DNA of 64,000 nucleotides from Atractiella rhizophila (Eukaryota). Below the pieces are notes generated by a model that ran no database searches, was not told where the DNA came from, and saw nothing but the letters and a program-made list of their open reading frames with translations. The stretch is taken from positions 1-64,000 of the forward strand of contig MU271303.1 in the NCBI GenBank assembly GCA_021432655.1, written 5' to 3'. Of this stretch, positions 12,507 to 24,921 are shown in pieces; the first letter of the stretch is position 1, and every line of letters starts with the position of its first letter. The translations under genes were made by a program, and so were the position numbers.

Positions 12507-13269
12507 GGATGAGTCGACGGGAGGCGATTTCGCTGCTCACTCAGTTTGTTGTTTCGTTGAACGCGGCACTTGATGCACGTTGATGACGGCAATGATCCTG
12601 TCACGTGCGCTCGAATGGAACATCTCTGCCATTCGGAGTGATATATGATTCGAAACACTCATGGCAACTCATGGGAGTAGCAGTTTCAGGATGAAACCTG
12701 AAGTGGATGAGTGAGCAGTATCACGGCCATTGAAACCCGTGTTGAAGTACTTGAAGTACCTCTGCCATCCCTTTGAACTGCCTGGAACGCCTGGAACGGG
12801 TACGCGTAATAGCACTTCGAGCATACGCTCGAGGTTAAGCCTTCGTGTGCATAAGCACTAGACGTTCGATAGTGGAGCTGGAAGGGAAAGGCGCCTTGCA
12901 TTTCTCCCTTCCGAGGAACCGTGGTTCCGCGTGCCGTCTTCTCGTCACCATTCACGTTGAGATTCTTGCACGCAGGCTACACAGAGCTGACGAAATGCGT
13001 CTGTTCAAAGCGAGAACTGCTTCATCAGCCATCTCGACGCGTAATCATCCGCGGTTGCATTTCTCGGTGCACACTGTGCTCACCTCCAGGCGTTCACCCA
13101 GGAGAAACATCGAGTTCTGTCGCATTGTCATGCTTCAGGCGCTTACCAACTAGAAGAGCACAGTCCGTGCCCTCCACTTTCCTGAAAGGTATAAAATGAG
13201 GTAGGAGGAACCGTTATTGTCCCAGAAATCAGTCAATTCAAAACAACACCAGAGAAATCCTCATCTGCC

Positions 13270-14192
13270 ATGTCGACCAAAGTTTTCGTCATCACCGGCA
13301 CCTCTCGCGGCATTGGGCTCGAGCTCGTCAAACAGCTATCCACCGTGTCTTCCAATGTAATCTTTGCACTGGTTCGCAACCCATCTGCGGCGGCCGCATT
13401 GGCCACCTTGGCGAGTGAGAGGAAGAACATACTTATTATTCAAGCGGATACAAGTGTGACGGCTGAGATCACGGAAGCTGTTGAACAAGTCGGAAAGGAA
13501 CTGGTGGTCAGAGGTCTGAAGGGAGTCGACGTACTCATCAACAAGTAACCCTCCTCTCTCTTAAGGACACGTTCTCACATTGGCTTCTTACAGCGCCGGC
13601 ATCGGTGGCCCTCGTGATTTCTGGGTCAGCCTGGCGAGCAAAGCTACTTCTTGGGAACCGGAGGACTTCCTCGAAACCTTCCGGGTGAACGTAGTAGGGG
13701 TGGTGGAGACGACCAAGGGCTTCCTCCCTCTCCTCCGAACCGGAAATGACAAGAAAATCCTGATGGCCTCCAGCACACTCGGGTTGATTGGCCCTGTTGG
13801 CACAGACAAAGACATCTTTGGGCCTGGGAACCTTGGAGGATCTGCTCCATACGCCGTTAGCAAAGCTGGTCAGTTCCTCCTATATACACTAGCGAGGCCG
13901 ATATCTGATGTGAGTAGGACTAAACATGTTTTCGAGGAAGCTGGCGGCTGAGCTTAAGCCAGAAGGCTTTACAATTATTCTGCTTCATGTGCGTCGAGTC
14001 CTCGTTATTATTTCGTCTTTTGCTCATGTAGAGGGACGATAGCCTGGCTGGGTAAAGACAGATATGGGAAGTGAGCGGGCGATGTTGACCACTGAAGAGA
14101 GCGTCAACGGGCTGGTGAAACGAATCGAGACGATTAAGCCTGAAGAATCAGGCAATTTCTGGGCACCTGGAGAAAATTGGGAAAACTTCTGA
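13270..14192 (+). CDS. SDR copy 2, apparently intact
   Basis: Same exons and motifs as copy 1 with a few substitutions (e.g. STVSSNV, ELVVRG). Confidence 0.9.
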
Positions 14193-14651
14193 GGCAAGGA
14201 GACGTAATGTTGTCACCTTGAATGATTGTTTCAGGTTTAAGGCACTTTCCCCGAACATAGCGATATTCATGACTGAAGAATGAAAGAAATCAAATTATGT
14301 TCGAAGTTAAAGCTTGAAGTTCTATCGAAGCCTTGAATTCCTCAATCCGGTCTTTACACAGGAAACACAATCGAAACGGAAAGCCTGAAACTTCAAATAT
14401 CTACAAATCCTGATAGGGAAATGTGGGAAAGATGAGACAGATCTGGATAGATAGATTGCAGCCGAAGAAATCTCAAACTTAGTTACTTTCAGCTGCTCAT
14501 GATCCTCTCACAGACCTATTTGAAAGCTCTAGAAGACCCTTTGGCTGTGTCAAGTCGTTTGGAACTGGACACAAGAAGAATATAACTTATGAATTGTATT
14601 GGGGTTTCGTGTACTCTGAAACAAAACAGCGCCGATTTGCAACAAAACAAA

Positions 14652-15222
14652 TCACCAGAGCCGAACTCTTCGAACCTCAGGTTGCATTTGACTCCAGTTG
14701 GCCTTAGCAATGGGTTTGTATTCTCCCTGCAGGAAGTCTGCGTCCTCCTCGAAATCTTTTCGAGAAGCGGTAAACTCATTGGCCGAGATTCTGAGCTCAT
14801 CCACATTCTCCTGAAAGATTCTTCGGACGTGCGTTCCAGCGTCATCGGTTTTGGCGCTTTGTACCATTTCTTGAATAGTATCGTTGACATACTTCTTCAA
14901 CGCGTAAGTCATTGACCACAATCGATCTTGACTTTGACGAATATCTGCAAGCCATTTTCCCAATCTTTCCTTCGCTGATTCGTCCTGTGGAAGGCCAGTT
15001 CGGCTAAACGGAAGGGGCAAGACACGGTCGTTAAAATAGGCGGAATAAGCAGTCGGTTGAAGACACCCTGTTGAGAATCAGTGCGCTCTTCATGATTTGA
15101 GCATACGTACAAAGCTGGTACCACTTTAATCCGATCCAAATGATCATTGCAGCCAATCCACGATAGTTGATCTGAACACGTTCCAATTGGCAAGTTAAAG
15201 AATGTGCCAGAAGCTCGCTTGC
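14652..15222 (-). pseudogene. ESIHNH-family copy 2, 3' fragment only
   Basis: Near-identical to 7577-8147; ends at the 95-bp repeat. Confidence 0.8.
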
Positions 15223-15223
15223 A

Positions 15224-15318
15224 ATCCCTTGCTCTTCACATAGTACTCACCTCAATACCATAAATGCTTCTTGTCCCCAATCCAATTACACACTTAGATA
15301 ATGATGACTGGTTAAAGG
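15224..15318 (+). repeat. 95-bp direct repeat, right copy
   Basis: Identical to 10364-10458. Confidence 0.9.
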
Positions 15319-15624
15319 GCATTTGAGTGAGAAAGAAGTAAACTTACAGCAAGAGCAACTCTCCCTGCTCGAGTTACTGGAGATGAAGAAAAGTAGCTAT
15401 AGTTGTTGGGTATGTGTGGACTGCAAGAGTGGTGGGAGGTGGGAGGACAAGTGGAGAGTAAACTTGATGTGTCAAACATCATTGAAGGTGACGTTGACAG
15501 TTCGGCAAATTGAACTTGGATGTTTTTACCTCTTGGAATGAGCCCCTCAGGGTAACATCAGAAAGAATGTGGTGAGTCATTCTGGTTCGCCAGTAGGTTG
15601 TGGTTTCTCAATCGGACAGCAGAC

Positions 15625-16113
15625 TGTCAGGCTTGCCCCTACGCATTACCGAAATGCACCATTTGAGTCACGTGACCTACATTAATACATCGTAGGATCA
15701 CGTGCCTAACCGTCGCCGCTTCGCTCACGTTCGCGCTGACCGCCGCCTTCCTCCATCTCACACGAATCGCTGCTCAGCAAACCTTACACATTTCGCCGGT
15801 CTGCACCGTCTCCATTATTGCCTTATTATCCTTTCTCACTTGTACTGCTCAGTATGTCTTATTTCCGAGTATTCCCTTTATTGCTTTCCTGATCTAGCTA
15901 TCTTACATGTTTCAAGAAACATATGTTACAGTTTATGGCAGTGCCTTTACATATGTATATATACATCGAGATGTAGTGGTGGTGACCTCAGAGTATTCTC
16001 TTAGGTTTACCTCCACTACAGGTTAGTCTTCTCATGCCATACTATTCACTTAGGTTTACCTCCACTACAGACGCATCGCCCGTCGGCGACCGCACATAGT
16101 GTCAGCCCTAACA
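15625..16113 (+). mobile_element. Solo LTR, family A
   Basis: TGTCAGGCTTGCCC...GTCAGCCCTAACA, homologous to the LTRs at 38351, 55882 and 61967. No clear TSD. Confidence 0.85.
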
Positions 16114-17315
16114 GAGTTGCTCTCCTCATCTCAGGATTTATGTCTTATGTTGTGGCCAGCTATTGTTTCGCTGCACCGGAACTCCTGGCCTGCCTCCACC
16201 TCCTCTACGACACCATATGTCTCTGTCCCACCTCCCCCTCATCAATCTCACCTGCTTCTCGCTCATGCTCAAATGCCAATACTCATGTGGCGGGTTCACC
16301 TGCATTGGGCAGCACAATTGAGCTTGGACGAATGTGGATGGGGAGGGTGGATCATGATGATGATGGTGAATGGGGAGGAGGTGATCGCAGTGGTGCCATA
16401 AGCAAATGGTCCAAGCAGGTACAGTGTGAGGTGTGGGAGTGGGGACAAGAGGTGCTAGTGAGAGTTCTCTACTTCTGGTACCACCTTTCCACTAGCCATC
16501 CATCTACGAGGAACTGTCTGTTGACAGTTGGGGCACATGCTGCCTGCCCGGGTTTAAGTGGTTATGTATAGATAGAACCTCCGCCTCACATCCCTGATCT
16601 CACCCATCTGAGTCCCTCTTTCAACCTGTAAGGTAATTTTGTCAATGTCATTACGGCCAACCTGCAATTTGATGAAGCTTTGATACATATTCATTTGAAC
16701 CACACGAAGCAGCAACACTGAAAGCCATGAAGAGGAAGGAGCAAGCTTGTTGGAACTATTTTCTTATTCAATGATAAAGTACAGACCTGTGCAGGCGGAT
16801 GTGTTGTGCTCTCAACTTAATGCGGAAGTGCAATCCAGCTGTCTGCCTAGACTGGTACAGCTTGGTGCACATGGATACAGATGGGTGAGGCGCCTGAGCG
16901 CAGGTTATCACATGACTGCTTACAAGGAGGGGACAGCTGAGAACAGGTGTGAATTATCTGATTTCAGGTGGTAGCAGCTAAGTCTAGTTGATACTACAAC
17001 TGGATTAAGGCACATTCAGCCACATGCAGTCGTATACATCTGAATCCAGATGCGATCTCATCTTGTTCCAGTTGAGCAACCAACTGCATTGCCCTGTCCG
17101 AGCTGGATTCAGAATTTGTGGGGCACAGCTGAATTCAGATCAACTTCGATTGGCAGTGTATTATAAAACAAAGGCAAAAATTTTGACATCGTCCGACCCC
17201 GTAACAGTGCATTTCTTGCAACTGCAGTTGTAATTGATCAAATAACAGCTAAATATAATGTAAGTTAATGCTCTGCTTTGTTAATATCCCTCAATGCTAA
17301 TGATCCTTATACATC

Positions 17316-17790
17316 GTGATAGCTAGCTCTCAGGACTTGCATTTGATGTACTCACGCCTGAGATGCAATGGATAATGGCAAAGTAATAGGAAATCATATG
17401 TTTGACGTATATAGGGTGTGTGTTTTCCTTTGCACTTTTTGATATTCACTCACTCTTATCACGCATTATACGTAGTAATATCTAGCCCTTAGGCCCATCA
17501 CTCACCTTGCTCACATCTAAAATATGATGGATAATGGCGAAGCGTTTTGGAATTACATTTTTTGATGTTTATGCGGCTCGTATTGTTTCCTCCGCTTTTC
17601 TTAATTTAGCTCATTCTTATTATGAATTACATGTCGTGTAGCTGGCTCTCAGGCCTTGAGTTCGCCCTCCTCACGCCTGAAATGTGATGGATAATAGTGA
17701 AGTAATAGCGAATTGTATTTTTGATATATGAAGGCGAGTATTTTTGCTCCACTTTTTAACGTCCACTCATCATTATTACATGTTATACAG
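17316..17790. repeat. Degenerate tandem repeat, ~160-bp unit x3
   Basis: ATGGATAAT recurs at ~17368, 17527 and 17687 with similar flanks. Confidence 0.65.
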
Positions 17791-18050
17791 GGCAACAACA
17801 GCATCACATGCATTACATTCAAGCGACTTAACAGGAAAACACATTGGGTATTGATGTCGGAAGGTATGATTACATTTCAAGTTTCCACATACCTATATCT
17901 ATGGTACTCCTGATTTGGAGACCTTGGACTAATTCGAATTAGAAATTTCCTATTGGAGCTATATTGACGTTTCAGGGTGAGAATTGGCAATTGTTCATCA
18001 GCAGCTCCATTACATCAGGCATGCATATTCTCAGAAAATCTCCAACAATA

Positions 18051-19846
18051 TCACCAGCGCCGCACTCTTCGAATCTCAGGTCGCATTAGGCTCCAATTAA
18101 CGTGTGCAGTTGGATTGTATTCGCCTCTGAGGAAGTCTGCATCCTTCTCGAAGTTTTCTCGAAAAGCGACCAGATCTCCGACTTGGATCCTGAGTGCCTC
18201 GACGTTCTCCTGAAAGATCTTTTGAATGTGGGAGGATCCGGCGTCCCCATTCTCGGCACTTTGAACCATCTCATGAACACTCCTGCTGACATACATATTA
18301 AAGGCACAAGCCAGTGACCACAATCCGTTCCGGCTTTGGAGGAGATCTCTTGCCCATTTCCCCATTCTATCTTTCGCTGATCCGTCCTGTGGAAGGCCGG
18401 TTGTTTTGAACGAAATGGGCAAGACGCGATCATTAAAATAGGCGGAATAGGCGGTTGGTTGAAGAGACCCTGTTGAAGCTCAATTCTTGTCCCCTTCCTA
18501 GCAAAAACATACGCACAAAACTGATACCATTTCAATTTGATCCAAATCAGGACAGCAGCCAATCCATGGGTGCTGCTCTCAGCGCGTTCCAATTGGCAAC
18601 TAATCGAATGGGACAGAAGCTCGCTTGTTGGTTCGAGAAAGACAGCAACAGAGCTGAGCATCAGGGATATCCGCAAGAAAGAATGATTCAGCTTGGAAAG
18701 AGTATCCCTCGCCTTTTCATCCATTGGATTCTCCTTCAACAAGATCTTTTCGAAGGCGGTGAGGAAGTCATTGAGGAAACTTTCGTAGTCATGAAACATC
18801 AAAAACAAAACAAATCGCAAGTCTTCTTGGATTAATTGGACTTCTTGAGGTGAAACAACCCAGCGAGATTCGACGGTAGCGTTGACCCATTTTACAGAGA
18901 GAACAATGAACTTAAGTTCCTGGTTATATAGCATTAAGACATCTGAGAGAGCCATGGCATAAAGCTCGCTATCTGAAGGCAGCGGTCGAGGCGGGACAGG
19001 TGGATCCTCCGTCTGGTATAGATATATAGGAGAAGCTGAGGGACGGCGTCGAAACTTCGGTGAACGCTGAAGGAAGTCGACGGAAAGTTTCAAAGTGTAC
19101 CCTTGCAGGAAGTGATGTGGGACATTGTCTCCGTAAACATCTCTGCAATCAAGCCATGCCACGGTTAAGACCAGGAGCAAAGATCGCTGGAGCTGCAATC
19201 TCCCAGCTCGGAGACTCTGTAGATGGGCTTTGACTTCCTTCCAGAATTCGATGAGACCTCTTGAGCACGACGTGATGACTAGGAAATGTTGATTAAGAGT
19301 ATCGCTCAAATAGTCTTTTGAGCGAGGGTCAGTGTCACGAGAGGGAGAGGAACAATGTTCATACTCACCAAACTCTCGCCTCTTGCACAGCCGTGCTGGT
19401 CGACGCCAAAACCGAAGATTTGATGCATTATTCACAAAACGAAGATGGTCGTGGCAATTATGCAGTAGCTCAGTCTGCAAGCTCGACATCCTTGTCGCCA
19501 AGTGAAATTGGGACTTTGCGGCAACGAGCAATCCGTGCAGTTGAAAGAGCACAGATTTCGCCCACATGTGATGAGATTCATTGTCCCAGTCCCTGATATC
19601 TTCCCAATCAGCAAAACCTGCGGCGATGCCTTCACCATCAGAACGGACTTCGCGCCAAGTGTTAAGACACAGGTGAAAAAGTGTCAGAACCTGATGTGTT
19701 TGAACACAGGTCGAGAAAGGAGTAACGAGATAGAATGCCTTCCAGGCTTCGTCCCATCGTTTTAGATCAGATCCGATGACTGAAAAGGTCGTCCCTAACT
19801 GTTTGACTAACTTGCTGTGATTGTGAATGGATTCTGGGTCGGCCAT
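18051..19846 (-). CDS. ESIHNH-family helical protein copy 3, apparently intact
   Basis: MADPESIHNH start; introns after KRREF and WYQF; last exon WSLQPTAYSAYF...PEIRRVRRW. Intron-2 donor deleted in frame. Confidence 0.75.
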
Positions 19847-19854
19847 GAAGCTTC

Positions 19855-20651
19855 GAGAGTATTAGGTTAGCTATTAGTGCAAGGGTTGGAGTAAAGGGGG
19901 GCTTACATATCTGCTTCCTAGACAAAGGGACAGAAACAAAGGGGACACTTGTCTCCACAGCCTGACACGACAGTTGAAATACTTTGTCATTCCTTTGGGG
20001 ACAGGAGCGCACAGGAAGAAGGGTCTTCTCATTTCAATTCGACGACAATCGCAGCAGAATGACAGAATGGGTATCAAGAAATGGAACGAACGGGAAAATC
20101 TTTTGCGATAAATATTTTTGTTCTCCCTTTGTATCCTAAGCGCCCTAGCTCTATATGTGTGATTTGTAACCATCCTTTGGGAGATTGACGTTCATCTGGC
20201 TCGTTTGAGTGAATAATATGCATTTAAATACATGTAAGCTGAAACGAAGAAAACACAGAAACCAGGGCATGTTGAAGTAGACTTTGCTCTCTAGTATGCT
20301 GTTTATACGCACTGCAACGTTAAGAGGAGGTTCTGGATAAGAGCAGGATCTCCTTTCATCAGCACGAGGATACTTGCTTCCAGGCTACTTCCTGGTCTGA
20401 GGCATGCCTCGAACGCCAGCATCCCCTCAAGTTCCATCACACAACTAATACGAGGAATGCAGGGCTTGTTTCTAAACGTTCTACAATTCTTGCGAACCTT
20501 CAGGCCACTTCGACAATGTCGGCACCGACTTCTACTCTGAAGACTATCGTCTTAGCTGTCGACGTTTCTCATCGCCTTCAGGAGGCCGCAACAATGCGTT
20601 ATGACCGACGTTCAATGCGCTTCCGACTTTGCTGCAGAGCAGAATAAGGCA
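19855..20651. repeat. ~800-bp duplicate of the ESIHNH upstream region (second copy ~21283-22086)
   Basis: Near-identical text in both places, ending CAGAGCAGAATAAGGCAT. Confidence 0.85.
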
Positions 20652-21208
20652 TGTTTGGTAAGATTGTCACTGAATTCGTCTAATATTGAGCATCAGCGTC
20701 ACGAGAGAGAAAGCAAATTTTCATACTAACCAAATTCCCGTCTTTTCGCCAAGTGTGCCGGTCTACGCCAAATCCAAATATATGATGCAGCATTCAAGGA
20801 ATGAAGCTGTTCATCACAGTTATGGAGCAGCTTAGCGTGCAAGCTGGACAACTTTCGTGCTAGCTGCAGCTGAGAGTCCGCTGCAACAAGCAACTCATGC
20901 AGCTGAAGAGAAACGGATCTCATCCAAATAGTACGAGATTCGCTGTCCCAATCACTGAGGCTTTCCCAATCCGCGAAACCTCCTGCAAGTCCTTCGCCAT
21001 TGGAGCGCACCTCACGCCAAGTCTCAAGGCATAAGTCAAAAAGAATGAGAAGCTGGTGTGTTTGAACGCGAGTTGAGAAGGGAGTGACGAGGTAAAATGC
21101 TTTCCAGGCCGCATCCCATCCTTGTAGATCTGATTTGATGGATGAAAAGCACATCCCTAACTGCTTGACCAACTGGATGTGATTATGAATCGATTCCGGG
21201 TTGAACAT
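20652..21208 (-). pseudogene. ESIHNH-family copy 4: exon 1 and start of exon 2 (the missing 5' end of copy 1)
   Basis: MFNPESIHNH...KRREF; 20652-20996 nearly identical to 8875-9219. Confidence 0.8.
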
Positions 21209-23653
21209 CAATGAAAAGTGAAAGTTGAAGAAAAACGGGATCCTCTGAAATGATGTAACAGTCCTGAATGACTGAATATCGTCGAGAGTGATTAGGTTTG
21301 CTATTGGTGCAAGGGTGGGATGTAAAGGGGCTTACATATCTGCTTCCTAGACAAAGGGACAGAAACAAAGGGCACACTTGTCTCCACAGCCTGACACGGC
21401 AGCTGAAATACTTTGTCATTCCTTTGGGGACAGGAGCGCACAGGAAGAAGGGTCTCCTCATTTCAATTTGACAACAATCGCAGCAGAATGACAGAATGGG
21501 TATCAAGAAATGGAACGAACGGGAACATCTTTTGCGATAAATATTTCTGTTCTCCCTTTATATCCTAAGCTCCCTAGCTCTATGTGTGTGATTTGTAACC
21601 ATCCTTTGCGAGATTGACGTTCATCTAGCTCGTTTGAGTGAATAATATGCATTTAAATACGTGTAAACTGAAACGAAGAAAACACAGAAACCAGGGCATG
21701 TTGAAGTAGACTTTGCTCTCTAGTATGCTGTTTATATGCACTGCAACGTTAAGGGGAGGTTCTGGATAAGAGCAGGATCTCCTTTCATCAGCACGAGGAT
21801 ACTTGCTTCCAGGCCACTTCCTGGTCCGAGGCATGCCTCGAACGCCAGCATCCCCTCAAGTTCCATCACACAACTAATACGAGGAATGCAGGGCATGTTT
21901 CTAAACGTTCTACAATTCTTGCAAACCTTCAGGCCACTTCGACAATGTCGGCACCGACTTCTTCTCGACTCTGAAGACTATCGTCTTCACTGTCGACGTT
22001 TCTCATCGCCTTCAGGAGGCCGCAACAATGCGTTATGACCGACGTTCAATGCGCTTCCGACTTTGCTGCAGAGCAGAATAAGGCATTTTTAGAGAATGTC
22101 TCTTTGCCAGTTAGATTCCGTGAGGTCATCTCTATCGACGTCCAGACGTCTGCGTGACCTGGCGGTTAACACAGCTGCAATCGAAGTTTAAGGGGCTGCA
22201 TGATCGAAGGGATAGTCACTTTCCTTTCCTGTGAGTAGGACTAATAGTATGTGCGTTAGTCGATAACGAAAGCAAACCGACTAGATAAAAGCCCAGAAAT
22301 TGATTCAAGTCCAACGCACGTGAGTAAGCGAATGAGTCTCGCGTCGATCACCGAACGCCCCGAACAACCCCTCGCCCCAATCTCGCTCAGAACTCCCTTG
22401 TGTGCGCTGGACCTGGTCCACAGCGTGAAGGTGGTCAAATCAGGAACGCGACCCTAACCCAGCGTTGAATGGAAGGGTGAACAAAAGCACCTCTGCTCTC
22501 ACACCTTCCGACGCCCTTTACCTTCGTGTCCTTTTCTTTGCCCAACGCTCCCTCCGCTGCAGAGTTCAAACTGTCTCCTACTTAAACCTCCTCGAGGTGG
22601 CTCGTCTTGCTTACCACCTCGTTTGGGGTCTTTCCAAAGCTCACAAACTCTCGTGAGGGTTCAGAGTGTTGGAAAAGACAAAACGCGTTCAACCTCGACC
22701 ACACCTTCGAACGTGTCTCTCTATCAGGCCGGTTCCAGAACTGAATCAGCGTGCTTGGAACAACCTTATGAGGAAACTTATACGTCTCTTCCTCAAACCT
22801 GGTGAGGAAGCCGGTAAGGAAAAAACCCTTTTGTATCGACTGTTGAACGTGCTGAATGGAACACCTCTTTCTGCCTTTCTTTCAAAGTTTGATGTCACTA
22901 TGTGGTGAATCACCATGACATTAGCAATCTGGGTATGAGAACCCAAGGTGAATTTGACAATGCTACGGCCATGACACCCACCGCGTTCCTACCACGCTTT
23001 GTCCAATCAATTTAGGGGCCGAAACGGGCAAAGAAAGAGAGAAGATATCGCGCCCGCCTCTCAGTGCCCTCTCATTCTCAAGCCATAACTACCGAAGAGT
23101 CTCACGAAGGCTCCAAAAGGGCTATGGCCGGCGAACTGCAAGCCGGCGAACTGCATTGAAGCGCCTCTTCCACCATTCCCCGGAGTGCCTGTGATGGAGG
23201 GTATGCCTTGAGGTTACGCGTTCATGGGAATAATTACTGAACGTTGATATTTTGAGCTGGAGCGGAATCACTCCCTTCCGAGGGACGTTGGTTCCCGCGT
23301 CCCGTCTTCGCGCCATTTCGTCGCCTTTCCTGGGGTTCACGACCTATCTGGTTGCAGTGATTACATTCAGCCTACACGAATGTGACGAGATACGTCTGGA
23401 AATGCTTGATCAGCCGTCGTGAGGGGTTATCGAAGGTCCTCATCCGCGGTTGCCTTTCTCGGTACACACCGTGCTCTCCGAAAGATTCACTGGGAGCAAG
23501 TGAGTTCTGCCGCATTCCTTCAGGCACTTACCAACCAGCAGAGCATCGTCCGTGCTCTCCGCTTTGCTGCCAGGTATAAAATGAGGTACGAAGAACGGTT
23601 CCTAACTCAGAAGCCAATCAAATCAAAGAACACAAGAGAAATCCTCATCTACC

Positions 23654-24572
23654 ATGTCAACCAAAGTTTTCGTCATCACCGGCACCTCTCGCGGCATTGG
23701 GCTCGAGCTCGTCAAACAACTATCCGCCGTGTCCTCCAATCTCATTTTTGCACTCGTTCGCAACCCTTCCAAGGCGGTCGAACTGGCCACCCTGGCAAGC
23801 CAGAGGAAGAACGTAGTCATCGTTCAAGCGGACACGAGCGTAACGGCAGAGATCACAAAAGCCGCTCAGCAAGTCGAAAAGGAACTAGCAGCCAGAGGTC
23901 TGAAAGGAGTCGATGTACTCATCAACAAGTAGCCCTCCTCTCTTCTAACGACAAGTTCTCACATTGGTTTGGTTACAGCGCCGGCATCGGTGGCCCTCGC
24001 GATTTCTGGACCAACGTCATAAGCAAAGCGACGTCTTGGGAGCCGGAGGATTTCCTCGAACTCTTCCGAGTGAATGTCGTGGGCGTAGTGGAGACCACTA
24101 AGGGGTTCCTCCGTCTTCTCCACGCCGGAAACGACAAGAAGATCTTGATGGCCTCCAGCACAGTTGGATTGATCAGCCCTGTTGGAACCGACAAAGATAT
24201 CCTTGGGCCTGGGAACCTCGGAGGATCTGCTCCGTACGCCGTTAGCAAAGCTGGTGCGTTCGTCCTTCAAGCACCAGTGGCCTATCCCTGATGTGAAGAA
24301 GGACTAAACATGGTTTCGAGGAAGCTGGCAGCTGAACTTAAGCCTGAAGGTTTTACAGTTATTCTGGTACACGTGCGTGCCTTCTTTCTTGTTTCGTCTT
24401 TGCTCATGTAAAGGGATGATAGCCTGGCTGGGTAAAGACGGATATGGGAGGTGAACAGGCGACGTTGACCACTGAAGAGAGTGTTATCGGGTTGGTGAAA
24501 AGGATCGAGGAGATTAAGCCTGAAGAGTCAGGCCATTTCTGGGCACCTGGAGAAAAGTGGTCAGGCTTCTGA
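23654..24572 (+). CDS. SDR copy 3, diverged paralog, apparently intact
   Basis: MSTKVFVITGTSRGIG, NNAG, YAVSK, PGWVKTDMG; same intron positions; stop at 24570-24572. Confidence 0.85.
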
Positions 24573-24921
24573 GGCAGGAGTCTTAATGTTATCTCGACTA
24601 ATTGTTTCAGCTTTAAGGCACTTTCCCCCAGATAACATAACATAGCGACATCATGACTGAGGAATGAAAGAAATCAAATTATGTTAGAAGTCGAAGCTTG
24701 AAGGAGTACCGAAAGCTTGAATTCCTCAATCTGGTCGTCTTTATACAGGAAGCACAAGTCGAGACGGAAAGCCTGTGGTCACCTAGACCGAGTAATTTTC
24801 AAAACAAACATTGATTGCAGGTTACAAGTCATGAGGTCGCCTTAACGTGGTATATTGAAGTTTAGAGTGGCTCCAGTCATAACGCAACTTTTGAGTTGTT
24901 CGAAAGTCAGCGCAAACTCAT

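Noticed and set aside
18086..19846. 586-aa single-exon ORF
   Set aside because: It reads through introns. Paralogs show the true C-terminus is in another frame after the GTGCGT...CAG intron.
21750..22090. Protein-like minus-strand text (also at 20330-20650)
   Set aside because: Stops and frameshifts in both copies and no recognisable family.
23419..24291. 290-aa ORF over SDR copy 3
   Set aside because: Off-frame read-through joined to SDR exon 2; the spliced SDR explains the region.
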